Below, piece by piece: positions 26,101-37,826 of a DNA stretch of 64,000 nt. The first letter of the stretch is position 1; each line of letters starts with the position of its first letter. This stretch comes from Stylophora pistillata. Taxonomy: Eukaryota. Under the pieces are notes generated by a model. That model saw only the letters and a program-made list of their open reading frames with translations. It did not search any database and was not told the DNA's origin. The position numbers and the translations under genes were made by a program. Where the stretch lies: the NCBI RefSeq assembly GCF_002571385.2, contig NW_019217852.1:262416-326415 (forward strand), read 5' to 3'.

Positions 26101-27543
26101 CTGCTTCAGCTACACCCTCATGGCCATGCATGCTGATTGATGTATTGTTTATGATGTAATCAGTTAGAATGTACTAGACCGTTATGCAAGTCGTTGTTGT
26201 CGTTTGGTATGCTGTAGATAATAAGCTGTTGCAGTCGACAAGCAGATGCTACAAGTATCCCATTCTTATGCAATATTCACAAGGACGAGCCTCAAATATC
26301 TGTTTAGCTGACATTTTGCCTTGAAAGGTAAGAATGACATATTCCTCAGAAACCCTATAACAAGAAATAAAAACATGACATACTTACTTGTAAAATGTCA
26401 ACATACAACCACATATTGACATGTTCATTGGCACTTGTGCTGACATTCGACCAATGAGGAACATTTTATCTCCTGTATCAGGATGGAAAGCTGACTCGTA
26501 CACTTTCTTAGCAGTCCAAATTTGTACATCAGTGGTTCCAGCAGGTTCTTGTTTCTGTCTACAAAAATTTACAACAGACTTATGAATAGCCAGGTATATA
26601 ATTTACTGGCTTTCTCTACTTATAATCTAAATCTATGACTGCATGCTTTGCTATCAACTCATGTTGACAGATCTTAAAGAACAGCAATTTGAGGCAAGAA
26701 TTATCTTATTTCTTTTAACTTAACTCTGAAATCTATAAACCAGTGATCAATAAAACAAAAACTACTTAACAAATGGTAAACACCACAGTATACACTATTG
26801 GGTTATGAATGTATGCAGGAGGTTGCTCAGCATGAAAAAAAGTGTAAGAGTCACTTTAGGCCATGCATAGCCGTGAGCAAACAGGTAAACAGTACACACT
26901 GAATTGACTAATCAGAGTGCACACTTCTGTGATTAGTTAAGTTTGCTCTCTAACTTTCTTCTTTCTTCCCAATTTTTATCTAATGATTATAACCTTTCAT
27001 ACACATCAAAACTTTTTTACCGAGACCCTATGCATGCTTTTATGTAAAAGCACCACAAAAAAAATCCCTGCATTATGGCCTTATGCAATGCCCCATAGGC
27101 AGAACCACAAAATTCACACACCCTCACATGACATCAGGTAAAACAGAAAAGTTAGAAAGAGAAAGAACATCAGTCAGATAAAATAACACTCATTGTATGA
27201 GTTGGGCAGTATGATAAAATATTCTCATAGCTTAATTTCTTTGACTAGCTTGCTGCCTTAATTGTCTTGTTAATGTTTTAACAGTATTACACCTTTTTTT
27301 TGCCTGTGTCAGTATCAGGCAAAATCAATAAATAGACTGAACTTCTTACAACCTGAGACAAGAATTTTCTTACCTGTACTTTAAAAGAAGTTCTTTTGCA
27401 TCCTCCAGTTCTTTTGCTGAACGTAAAATATTCTTTGGGTCAGTAACTGTGAAAAAGTGTTTTGCACGTCCAAGAAATGTTGACTGGTCATAACGAGGGG
27501 CATCCAAATTAATCCTTCCACCTTCTAATCTTGGAGATTCCAT
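17128..27543 (-). CDS. SFXN1: Sideroflexin-1/3-like mitochondrial inner-membrane amino-acid (serine) carrier, 325 aa
   Basis: Eleven phase-consistent exons (minus): 27543-27374, 26558-26388, 25973-25875, 22006-21931, 20789-20704, 20519-20459, 19819-19753, 19200-19151, 18783-18734, 18280-18233, 17227-17128. Motifs [57 protein letters not shown]-terminal YFNKGL*. Confidence 0.95.
23190..23614 (+). pseudogene. Captured, frameshifted fragment encoding fascin-like beta-trefoil repeats
   Basis: Hand translation gives three repeats: [35 protein letters not shown] / [12 protein letters not shown]-(frameshift ~23401)[22 protein letters not shown] / [35 protein letters not shown]. In-frame stop at 23200. 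Confidence 0.7.
24746..24862 (+). mobile_element. Degenerate Penelope-like pseudo-LTR fragment with hammerhead-like remnant
   Basis: ATGACTTCCACACAGGTCGTCGAAACATCAGTCACCACCACCGACAACTGAGTCCTTCTCAGGAC, preceded by a short inverted copy (GAAGTCATCATCATGACTTC). Confidence 0.5.
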
Positions 27544-28174
27544 GTTTCTTAATAAAGGAAAAAGAATATATCCAGTAGGATCAATTCATTTTCCATCACT
27601 CGCGTAACAAATTCTTAAAAAAGCAAAGTCTGTTAAATACGATCAAGATTACAGTAGAAATCAGATTGTCATTAATTCTTCAACATCAAAGATCAAAGAG
27701 CCACTTCTCTTCATAAAGGGGTATAAATATCTTGGTTGGCTAAGTTAATGGTCATTTGGCGACAGTATCCCCCAGTTGGAAATTTTCCTGATTCACATTA
27801 CCAACCCTCTTGACAAGATTTACAGAGTCATCTCTTACTTGAGGGTGGGGGGCTACAGGGGATGAGACAAACAAACCTAATCCAGAGCCTACTTCCCCCC
27901 ACCCCATCACCCTGGTCCCACTTCCCCCACCCCACCCCACCACCCTGGTCTAGTACCACTGATCCCTGACCTATGTTATACATCTTTGGGGCAAGAGGAG
28001 GATTTTACAGTAGAGACATTGTTATGGAATATTTTTTGTTAATTTCAAGAATAATGAATAATCACTTTTTCTTTGTGTGGAATGAGGTAACGTGCATGAA
28101 CGCTCAGAACGCCAGTTTCCTTTCAGTGATAGGGTCGAATAGCGTTTGGAAATGAATGAATTACAGAGGGGCAT

Positions 28175-28296
28175 GAGAAAAGATCTCCGTATAACCCCAT
28201 ACCAATCAAAAAAACAAAGCCGTAATCTAAAGGTACTCTGTTGTCTTGCCTCTGCTTTCTTTTATCCAAGAATTGTATGCATAATGAAGTATGGGG
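28175..28296. mobile_element. Short MITE related to those at 39698 and 49688
   Basis: TIR AGATCTCCGTATAACCCCATAC / GTATGGGGTTATACGGAAATCT. Confidence 0.6.
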
Positions 28297-28858
28297 TTAT
28301 ACGGAAATCTTGCTCTACGTAATTCCACGTAATCAGCTTGGTGCAATCTCACTTGAATATATAAATATCAAGTTTTAAATGGCACTTTTGGTTAAGCTTC
28401 TAAGAAATTATGAAATGAAATGTAGTATGTAGTGCAACCTTAAATTTATGCGTCAGGATTCTCGATCAAAAGTATCGGTAGACTGTACGTCTAGATCTGT
28501 TTGTAAACGTAATCGTGATTTAATTTCATTCACCGGTTTCTGGACGTCCTTCTGGTACCTGTCTTCCGTACTATCACATTCACGTCAACCACTTGAAACA
28601 AAAGAATTTCATCGTTTTCCTATTAAGATAATATAAGTCCTAAAATCGAGCAACGGCTATCGATCGAGAAATTACAGAACTTTAGTACTGTAACAATGCA
28701 CTCGAACTAATTCTCTTTCAAATGAACGTCTATCAAATCGAGTTCTCCGTATCACGAAGTAATTTCAAAGAATCTATCTTCGCACCGTGGAGTGAAATCG
28801 ACAAGGTAGAGAAAACAAAAATCGCAAAAACATCAGCTTGTAAGTTAGTCATCCTTAC

Positions 28859-29000
28859 CAGAATATTACACGTGGACCTGTGACTCGGAATTTTCCAACT
28901 CTGGAAAAATCTTCTGCTCTTGTTTCTTTCCCGCTACAGATTCCCGGCATACATCTGAAGCCGAAAGGGGGCGTCAGAGGGGCGGGTACAGAGCCTCGCT
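28859..29000 (-). promoter_or_regulatory. Probable SFXN promoter and first 5' UTR exon
   Basis: Acceptor TAAG 4 nt before the SFXN ATG (27548-27549), strong donor TG|GTAAG at 28858, CpG-rich region with GC-box-like GGGGCGG near 28979. Confidence 0.5.
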
Positions 29001-29995
29001 CACAGGGTCGACCCAGGGTCTTTCCCTTAGGGCGAAGTTCGTTCCAACATGGGAGAAATAACAAGAAATTCAAAATTAGAGAAAACTTTATGATAAATAA
29101 ATCATACATCACAGTCTTTTCCACGATACACACTCCTGGCCTTTGCTCTCTGAACGGGTGAACGTGAAATGCTATTCGGAGAGAAGAGAAAGATTTGAGA
29201 CGGAAAAGTCCATGTGCTTGACTTTTTCTCATCAAACTCTCTCTTTTTTGATAACAACTTTTTTTCAATCAGTATTATAAATATTTCTCGACAACGTTGA
29301 TAAACATTTGAAAACACCGTGAACTGTCTGTTTGGTTTGTGAAAGCTCAGTTGCAGATCTGCATCTAGTGCGCGTATTTCTGGGTAAGGGTGTCCAAGGG
29401 TTGGAGCATTATGAGGTGGCGCTGGTTGTTCAAAAAAGAAAACAGAATGGAGGCGAGTGAAATTCTTAATAAATGAGTGGACCATTATTTAGAATCGAGC
29501 CCCCAGCGAAAAAAATTTGCAATCCTTCACATACTCCTAACAAAATCAGTTCCTTGTGCTACACATATAAATCACTGAGTGCAAATTACGTGAAATGCCT
29601 TTAAATTGTGCCGCGCAGCTAGCCACGCCCCTGATCTGGCGTTCATTAAAAGTCAGAGTGGTTCTTGGGGCAGAATGCGTAAACATTTATCTAAGAAACG
29701 GTTCATTACCTTGGAATATGCCCAAGATACAAAGTAGTAACTTGTATTTAGTTTCAACGATTGTGGCCAGGATTAAGCCTTGTTTAGTATAGTAATCGCA
29801 CCTAACAACCCTCCGTCCTCCTTAGGAATTTGGGGATTTTAAAGGGGAGGGTCTGATTGTAGGCAACAGGGGGAAGGGGTACTAATGTAAGTGAATTTTT
29901 TAGCGAAAATGTCAGCCTTCAATTTTTCCTTTTTAAAAGTGTAGGAAGAAAGTGCAGGAACTCAAAACTGCTAACATCGTTATCACTTATCTTAA

Positions 29996-30417
29996 ACACG
30001 AAGGCGCGCTATATAAGGGAGTCTTCCCTGGGAAGACCTAGGCTCATTTGTCACTCACCGTTGACGTGTGTAGGTCAAATTTAGATGCTGGTAGAGGAAC
30101 AAAAGGACCAAATGAGATATCTATTGTTTACTTCCACCAGCATGGTGGCATGAGGTAACGTGCGAACCACCCACTTCGATCTCAAATTTACCGCCACAAA
30201 TAAAGATAGTTTCCATTGGAGAAAGGAAATACAAATCTCAAAAATTCTTGTATTGTGATGAAGACATAAACAATTTTGAGGAATGCGCCCGCTGTTCACT
30301 GTTTTGGAGTAGCTGTAGCTCAAGCTGACTTGACTCCAAGAGTTCTACATCACACGACGGTTGATTGACAAATGGCCCCGTGGGACCTAAGGCTCCTTTT
30401 ATAGCGCGCCTTCGTGT
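29996..30417. mobile_element. TTAA-flanked MITE
   Basis: TIR ACACGAAGGCGCGCTATATAAGGGAG / CTCCTTTTATAGCGCGCCTTCGTGT, with TTAA on both sides (29992-29995, 30418-30421). Confidence 0.75.
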
Positions 30418-31716
30418 TTAAAAACCAACACGGAGACAAAGAGATGCACGAGTGTAGCAACCGTAAGGTAAATTCCTGAACACTTTTTGTTTCCTAAATT
30501 CAACTCTTTCCTTGTTTAGATAGCTCTATTTCTATTGTTATGGAGAAATTCAAATTATTGCAAACCCTCGACGCAATCATCTTCATTGTAAATGACATCA
30601 CAACGGAGTGAACGAAACAGAAATCCTTGAGGTTCGTCTGAGAGATTTTGTACGAAGCAGCTATGGCTTGTGTTCTCATACCGTTCCGTCGAGAAAGAGA
30701 AAGAGCAGATGCGTTTTTGATCCCATCACATGTTTCGCTACTGAATGTTGAAGTTCCCGATGAAAAGGCTAGACTCTAAACTCTAAAATAAAGATGTACT
30801 AAACCGTGTCAAATTGAATACAATTGGTTCGAAAAGTCTTAAATTATAAACAAGAGCAAAGGCAAAAAGTTTTCGATAACCAAAAGTTTAAAAGCCTTTA
30901 CTCAACTCCCAAAGTAGGCCGCGTCAACCTCAACGTCAATTTTAAGGTCTCCAAACATGATTTGCTCAATGATCAGATCACGCGTGTCATGCACGAATAC
31001 AACAAAGCTCACCAATGGGACCGAGGGGAGAGGGAAAAAAATTGCAATTTTAAATACATTTGCGGAACACCCGAACACAACCATCGGCACTCGGTCTATG
31101 GCTGTTTGGCAATTCTACATTTACAGTTCTCCTGTTACAAAAAATGAAATCAAAATTAAAAAAGGTGAAGTGACATTAGAGGAAGATTTTTTTTTTTTCA
31201 AATAAAAAAAGAAGAAATAAAGAAAAAATGAAAACGGTATTTATTTGTTGTCTTCGTGCAACAGGAACTAAATGCATTTTGCTATTAGGTCTAATTCTGG
31301 TTTCCAGAGCAAAATACATCTGAAAACAAGACTTTTAATTTATACTCATTCCAGGGTAGCCTGCAAACTGCAAACAATTCATTTATTTTAGGGTTTTGAG
31401 ATGATTTCTATCATTATCCATTATTTGCTGTACTCATCCTCATCACGCATAACTTAACGACATTTGCGCGCGCATCAGTTTAGAACACTGATAGTTTTTC
31501 TCTACGGCTAAAGCTACCTACAGTACTTCTTTATTTTAAATCATGTGATGGTGTTCTCTTCTGTGAAATATCAGAAAGACTATTAATAGTGACGTGGCAC
31601 ACTCGAAAATGAGAATGATAAGCTGTTGCCATGCCTACATGACATCATAATGGGTAAACAGCAGATTTTCATTCCTATGAAACGCGTTTGATCGTTGTGA
31701 CCAAAAGGAAGTGATT

Positions 31717-34700
31717 ATGAGTTTTTTGAAGAAAATTCAGAAAAAAGGTCGAGGTAAAAACCATCGAGAACTATACTTCAGAGCTGCGGCTCCCTCTCCA
31801 ACTCTGGAATGTGCCAAAGACGAAAGGTAAGTGCCTGAGAAAAAAGTGAAAACACTCGTCGGAAGGTGTCATTAATGAACATAGGTGTCATAGATTTATA
31901 GGAGAAAGTTTCTGTTCTCTGCACTTTTGTGGTAGGGAAAGAATACATAAGCTGTTTCAAGTAAAAATACGCATACGCAGGCAAGAAAATATCCAAGTTT
32001 GCCATCCAGTCTGGGACAAAAATTAAGTGACTCAAAAGGATTTTTTAACTTGACCAGCGTTTCTTATTTTAACTGAAGATCGCCTAATCGCACTTTGAAG
32101 AAGCCGATGAAGGGCTTTTAAGATCTCGTGGACATACCAAAGCCCTAAAAAGTATTTTTGAGATTAGGAAAAATAAAGTTGACTGGTGTGAAGGTATCGA
32201 GAACTACACAAATTTTCGAAACGCTATGTACTAAAATGAACGAGAAATTTTACGACCTTTTAAGGAATTAAGGCTACTGGATAAGGCAAGTTCTTAAAAA
32301 AAAAAAAAAAAAAATAGTAAAATTTTCGTTTCTTAATCTCAAAGTCATTAGGATATATCAACAAAGTTGAAATGGTAAATTGGCCACCGTAACGATTACA
32401 AAGGCTGACGTTTCGAGTGTTAGCCCTTCGTCGGAGCGAATAGAGGAATTGTGGGTTGTGTGTGCTTTTAAAGGCAGAAAATGGAGCTACGTTATTGGTG
32501 GGAACATGGTTACGATTTCCTGGCGTAGCTCCTTTGTGAGTTTCTTGCCGCTGTTTTCTGTTTTCTGCCTTTAAAAGCACACACAACCCACAATTTCTCT
32601 ATTCGCTCCGACGAAGGGCTAACGCTCGAAACGTCAGCCTTTGTAATCGTTACGGTGGCCAACTTACCATTTCAACTTTGTTGATCTATCCAAATTATTT
32701 CGTTACCCCCACCGACGCAGCCCCAAACAGTTTCTTTCGAAACTATCAGCCTTTATTCAAAGTCATTAGGATGCATCTTTTAATAGCATGAGTTCATTAC
32801 ATCCTCGTAATTATCCCACAGTATCTTCAACAAGAAAGAAACCACAAAGGAAGAAAGTAGAAAATTGTCGCGTCCGGAATCCCTAAAAAACTTCCAGGAT
32901 GACAACCGCAGTAGAGATATTACAAGCAGTGCTGCCTGTTCCAAGGAGGCCACCCCAAAGGTTATTACTGCTCCACGTGCTCCACTTTCAGAAGCCGTAG
33001 GTGACGATGAGAAAAAGGAAGAAGAGAAGGCCCATGCCGACACTAAAGGTAATGGTCCTAAGGCGGATTCGTGTCGAAGCAACAAAACAAGATCAGGATC
33101 AATAACGGTTAACAGAAAAGCTCCACTTCCGCCTACTTCTGACAGGCCTTCCGTATCACATCCCAGTCCATGCCAATCTGCTCCACCTCGTCGTATTCCA
33201 GTTCGTCCAGCTCCACCGCGTCGACCGCGTCCAGCTCGCCCCCCTCCACCAACTGTAACACAGCGTGGCAAAAAGAGCGGCACTGCATCCAATGCAGTTG
33301 ACAAAGGACCGTGCAGTGTTAAGAAGAAAGCAAACGAGATTTGCAAATATCCAAAGGAACTGAACCCGTTTGCAAATTGCAACAGTACCACCGATGATGA
33401 CTGTTCGTCGCAGAAGAGCGAGGAGGCATTCGGTACTAGTCACCAAAGGCAGAGAAAGAGACAAAAATATTCTAAAAGGGAAGAATATCCGATGAAAAAA
33501 AATTCATTGGATGATGCTGATGAGATGAGCGAGAAGGTCCCCGGTACTCGTCGCCAAAGGCGTAAAGGAAAACAGAAAGAATCTAAAAGCGAAGAATATC
33601 TAATCGAAGGAAGTGACTGTCCATCCAGTGATGTTGACGAGATGAGCGAGAAACCCTCCAGCGCTCGTCGTAAAAGGCGTACAAGAAAACGAAAAGAATC
33701 TAAGAATGAAGAATTCTTAATTGGACAAAATCCATCTAATGATACCGATTGGGGAAAAAGCTCTTCGTGTTCAGATTCAACCGAAACTTCTGACATGTGG
33801 TCTGTTTCTTCATTGGAAGATATTCAGTTTGCGGTGAACACAGCTGCAATACCAGAGCTAAACGTTAAGAATGCAGAGCAAGGTTTGGCTGGTAACAATG
33901 AAAAGGACGCACAGATTAACCGAGAGGATTCTGGTGACTTAAAAGCCCACTCATTCCCTTCTTGTAGGGAGGTCTCTTCGGTTAATGTCCCTTCCACAAA
34001 AAAGGGCAACGACTCTGCAAGTATCAGATCAACAAACGTCGATGCTTCGACTGCCAAAGAATTTAAAGATGCTGACGAGAAACCAATTCTCAAGCAAGCA
34101 AAAGCTTCGGAGGAGGCTAGTGCCATGGAAGAGCGCCAGGGTGGAGATGACTGTGGTAAGTTATAACTATATGTTCACAGCAAATACTGAAGCGAGGAGG
34201 AGATTTAGGCATCTTCATCTGCCTAACCGGGAAAAAGAGTAATTAGGAACATTCCAGTCTTCCCGCGAGCAAAACATTCTTGATTGCTGCTAGTACTTTG
34301 ATTCATACAGTAGCGTTGCATCGGAGATGCATCTGTTAATTGCATCAGATGCCATTCAGTCTTTTATGATAGATTTAATAGATTCAACTAATTCAGTGTC
34401 AACTTCATCGCAATGTGTTTACATTCGCCTTCTCTTGTCATCATTTGAGCGTGTGTATTTCTGAAATCTTCCTTACGTATGATGCACGATCCTCGCAGTA
34501 GATAGCGCTATTTAAGCAATAGCGAAAATCAGACCTGAAAAAAAATATCAGGCCTGTACGGGACTCGAACCACTGACCTCTGCGATACTAGTGCAGCGCT
34601 CTACCGCTTGTTAGCTCAATTGGTAGAGCGCTGCACTAGCATCGCAGAGGTCAGTGGTTCGAGTCCCGTACAGGCCTGATATTTTTTTTCAGGTCTGATT

Positions 34701-36262
34701 TTCGCTATTGCTTAAATAGCGCTATCTACTGCGAGGATCGTGCATCATACGTATCAAATATCGCAGTTCAAAATATATGATTTTCATATATTTATTCTAT
34801 CTCGAAATCTTCCTTAGCCTCCAATCCAAGTAATCGGTGCCCAGAGTTGGCCATTTACGCGCATGCAGAACTTCAGGTTGTCGAAAGCGAGTTGCTTTCT
34901 TTGCAAAAGGTGATGGCTAAATTGGAATCAGAGATGAAAGAAGCAATGGACAGTAAAGGTTAGTTTTGCCTGTTCTTGTTCTTCTTTTCATGAGTCAATA
35001 TAAAGAAAAAATAGGCCAAGAAAACATTACATGTAATTCAAAACCCTGAACTAGAGCGGTAAACCTAAAGGCGCGCTTTGGCGATAATTTGGCCCACCAA
35101 ACTTTATAACTGAAACTCATTTCCTGAGATTCAGAACTGCTTATCTCAACTTTTTCATGTGGCCTTTTGAGGAGAAGTGATGTTTCCAAAGTTTTCTCCT
35201 GTAATGTGAATGAGGAACTTCAGGTATCCTTTGCGCAAATGAAAATACAGAAATACCGGCCATTTTTTGCATGACGCACATTTTTGAGAGCTAGTCACTG
35301 AAATCCCTAGCCTCTTTTCAAGTGTTCCCCCTTGTAAAATGGCAGACGGACACTCCTCTCACAGAATCTGTTTAAACCTCGTAAATTAGTTGACTGGAAT
35401 ATTTCTGGGATTAAAAGCCCTCAGTTTCCCTCCCACTACGCTCTAAGAGAGGTTTTGCCCTCGAACAAATATCCGGTCACACCTTTGCACCGTATAGCGG
35501 GTGATGCATGTCTATTAACTGAACACAAATTAGATGCAGTCTTCTTTACCGCTTGTAGATTGTGAGGCCGAGTTTCAAAGCTTATCGCTTGACTGGTTGG
35601 CGCTTAACAAGTTCCGTACTGAACTCGACAAAAGGAAAAAAGATCTTTTTGCTCTGTAAGTACATGCTGACGCCATGAAGCTCTTTCAAGTCATGCCCGA
35701 CAGTTTGGAACAAGTGAATAAGCCCAAATATGAGATGGTCACTAAAACTCAATAACACCCACAGCCTTGACTAGCCTTACTTTTACCGACATCGCGACAC
35801 AAACGATTGAACGTTCCTTTATCAGAATGAGTTCGTCAGGCACTTTGTTCTTCAATATTTTTCAGTGCGTTATCAGCGAAAGTTGATGATTCATACTGTA
35901 TTTTCTACTTGAAAGTTTATCATGTCTGAAGTGCCTTAATTTTAGTCCTTTTTGTATTTAGTTGCAAACAAGAAAACCCGAAGATGTGTTTGAAATTCTT
36001 GCGCGAAGACCTGAGATGTCTGCTTGAAGTCAAAAGTGAGAACCCATTCTGTAAAGCTATTTCTTGTATCTTCGTAACCCAAGCTTGTGTGTTTTTTGCA
36101 ATCTTTGACTTGCCTTTCATCATATGGTGAGTCATTTTCTTTTACGTTTCCTGCGGTAGGTTGGAAGAAAACAAAAGAACACAGGGCTCAGGTGAAGAAT
36201 GTCTTGGATCTTATCCTCAAGTTGGCCAACATGGCCTGAATGGCAAACCACATCAAAAGTAA
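31717..36262 (+). CDS. Divergent MICAL-like/EHBP1-like protein (~594 aa): Pro-rich disordered region, NPF motif, partial C-terminal bMERB (DUF3585)-like coiled coil
   Basis: Phase-consistent exons 31717-31826, 32822-34155, 34818-34958, 35559-35655, 36160-36262 (TAA). Contains PVRPAPPRRPRPARPPPP, YPKELNPF, and YAHAELQVVESELLSLQKVMAKLESEMKEAM...LSLDWLALNKFRTELDKRKKDL. Gene model well supported, family assignment moderate. Confidence 0.7.
32355..32756. mobile_element. Penelope-like non-autonomous retroelement (inverted pseudo-LTR pair) with minimal hammerhead ribozyme motifs
   Basis: ~131 bp inverted arms 32351-32481 / 32561-32691. 16-bp direct repeat TCAAAGTCATTAGGAT at 32339-32354 and 32757-32772. 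Tail CCCACCGACGCAGC...CAGTTTCTTT shared with copies near 45.1 kb and 59.1 kb. Confidence 0.8.
32605..32638 (+). ncRNA. Minimal type I hammerhead ribozyme-like motif (inverted copy on minus strand at 32404-32437)
   Basis: GCT-CCGACGA-A-GGGC(TAAC)GCTC-GAAAC-GTC-AGC: stem I GCT/AGC, stem II, GAAA, GUC site. Core has C in place of the canonical U4. Confidence 0.55.
34476..34803 (+). mobile_element. tRNA-derived SINE with a 132-bp 5' inverted duplication (near-perfect palindrome)
   Basis: Arms 34474-34605 / 34622-34753 with one mismatch. tRNA-like head 34606-34676 with A box TAGCTCAATTGGTAGAGC and B box GGTTCGAGTCC. 13-bp TSD GAAATCTTCCTTA at 34463-34475 and 34804-34816. Confidence 0.85.
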
Positions 36263-37674
36263 CGGAAACGTGCATTTTCTTGAATTTAAAGACCTTTGGT
36301 TCTTCTTACGTAATCATACCATGAATTAATTACGGATAACATTGGCTAATTCTGTTCTTTGCTTCCTTTTTATAGTTTCGATTTCAAAAGCATTTCCATA
36401 TTTCTGGTCTGAGCTGTGTTGTACCATGTTTATACATGACACAAAATCTTTTGTAAATTTGTAAATTCTGAGATCGCTTTAAGCCTGCAGTTTCATTTTT
36501 CAATGTTAAGTTCTAATTCTGAGAGAATTATTCAGATGTTATCTTTGAATCATAAGATTACTTCATTTGTCGAACATTCTTTCATGTACATAACTGCTAT
36601 GAATTTATATGATTGTATTCTTGTAAGTACTTTCGTTTTTTGTCGTAAGTAACATTAATTCATGTTTTCTCTTTCGTTATTCGTTGCCCGGAATCATTTT
36701 ATGATTGTAACAGTACTTCTTTGTATCATGATACATTAAGTTTAGGTTAAGGAAGAGTTTCTTTTCACTACGATATTTTTATCTTTTTTTTTCGATAAGG
36801 TGAAGTTAGATAATTCTAAAGTGACGTCATCTTTTTGCGTGGTTCAATCTGTAGGCTTTGTTTTCGTCCAATCAGATGTGCTGATACAGAATCATTTGTA
36901 ACGAGGGTGACGTAAGCGGTCACAGAGTCACTGCACGTAACTGAATACTTCGCCTTTGGCGCCGCTGTCTTTTTCTTTTCTGTCTTTTCTTTTTCTCCTT
37001 TTTTTTCATAACTCTTTCATCTTGATTTTTTAGGCAGATAGCCTTTTTAGTTTTTTTTTTTTAATTTAGGTATTAAGCATTTTGAATTTTGATTAGGGTA
37101 TTTTAGGTATTTTGTAATTCAGTTTTAGTTTACAATTCCTTTTCGTTCTTTTTCTTTCCTTTGTTCTTTTTATTTTATTTTTTGTTTTTTGAATATCATT
37201 ATTACCTTTTTCCACCACCTGTATTAACAGCGATTCAAACGCTGTGGGTTATGTTGGGTGGCTTTCTGACCACATCCGTCACTTTTCTTTACAATGAAAC
37301 CATAACAGCGCTGATGATTAACCAGACGAACAGAAATGGAGACCGGGTCTCATTAAGTAGAAAGTCATGGCACAACTTCACTAAGGATAGAAGAGTAACG
37401 TAATCGCCTCAATTATGTTTGTCAAATTTCTGTTACATCAAATTTGTAAAATTGTGAACTTTCAAGTTTTGAGTTACCTAATTTCATTATGATTTTTCTT
37501 CGCCAGTTCCTCTGTTTCATTTTGATTTGTAATATTAGTTATTGAAAATAAACATGACAGTTAAAATAATCACGCTTTAGCTTCATTCTGTTGCAAGGTC
37601 CATCTTATCACTCTTTTTTCCCTTTCGATCCACCAATGAAAAGCCAGTTCTCGTGTTTCATCATTAGCATCAGA

Positions 37675-37826
37675 CCTCATTCCCAAGGTCTCACCCTGGA
37701 GCGAGAGAAAGGGCGGGAAGATGACAGACCCGCACCCTGGAGCGAGAGAAAGGGCGGGAAGATGACAGACCCGAACCCTGGAGCGAGAGAAAAGGCGGGA
37801 AGATGACAGACCCTGGGAACGAGGAT
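37675..37826. repeat. Small TIR element containing a 41-bp x3 tandem repeat
   Basis: Units start at 37693, 37734 and 37775 (ACCCTGGAGCGAGAGAAAGGGCGGGAAGATGACAGACCCG). Termini CCTCATTCCCAAGGTC / GACCCTGGGAACGAGG. Confidence 0.75.

Noticed and set aside
32780-34126. Antisense ORFs of 100-203 aa, and similar shadow ORFs over PDZD7, HPDL, the LINE and STING
   Set aside because: Reverse-frame shadows of real coding exons with no independent motifs.
34606-34676. Functional tRNA gene (anticodon AGC/Ala)
   Set aside because: T-stem (AGTGG/CCCGT) and anticodon stem are mispaired, and the sequence is embedded in a TSD-flanked palindromic repeat. It is a SINE head.
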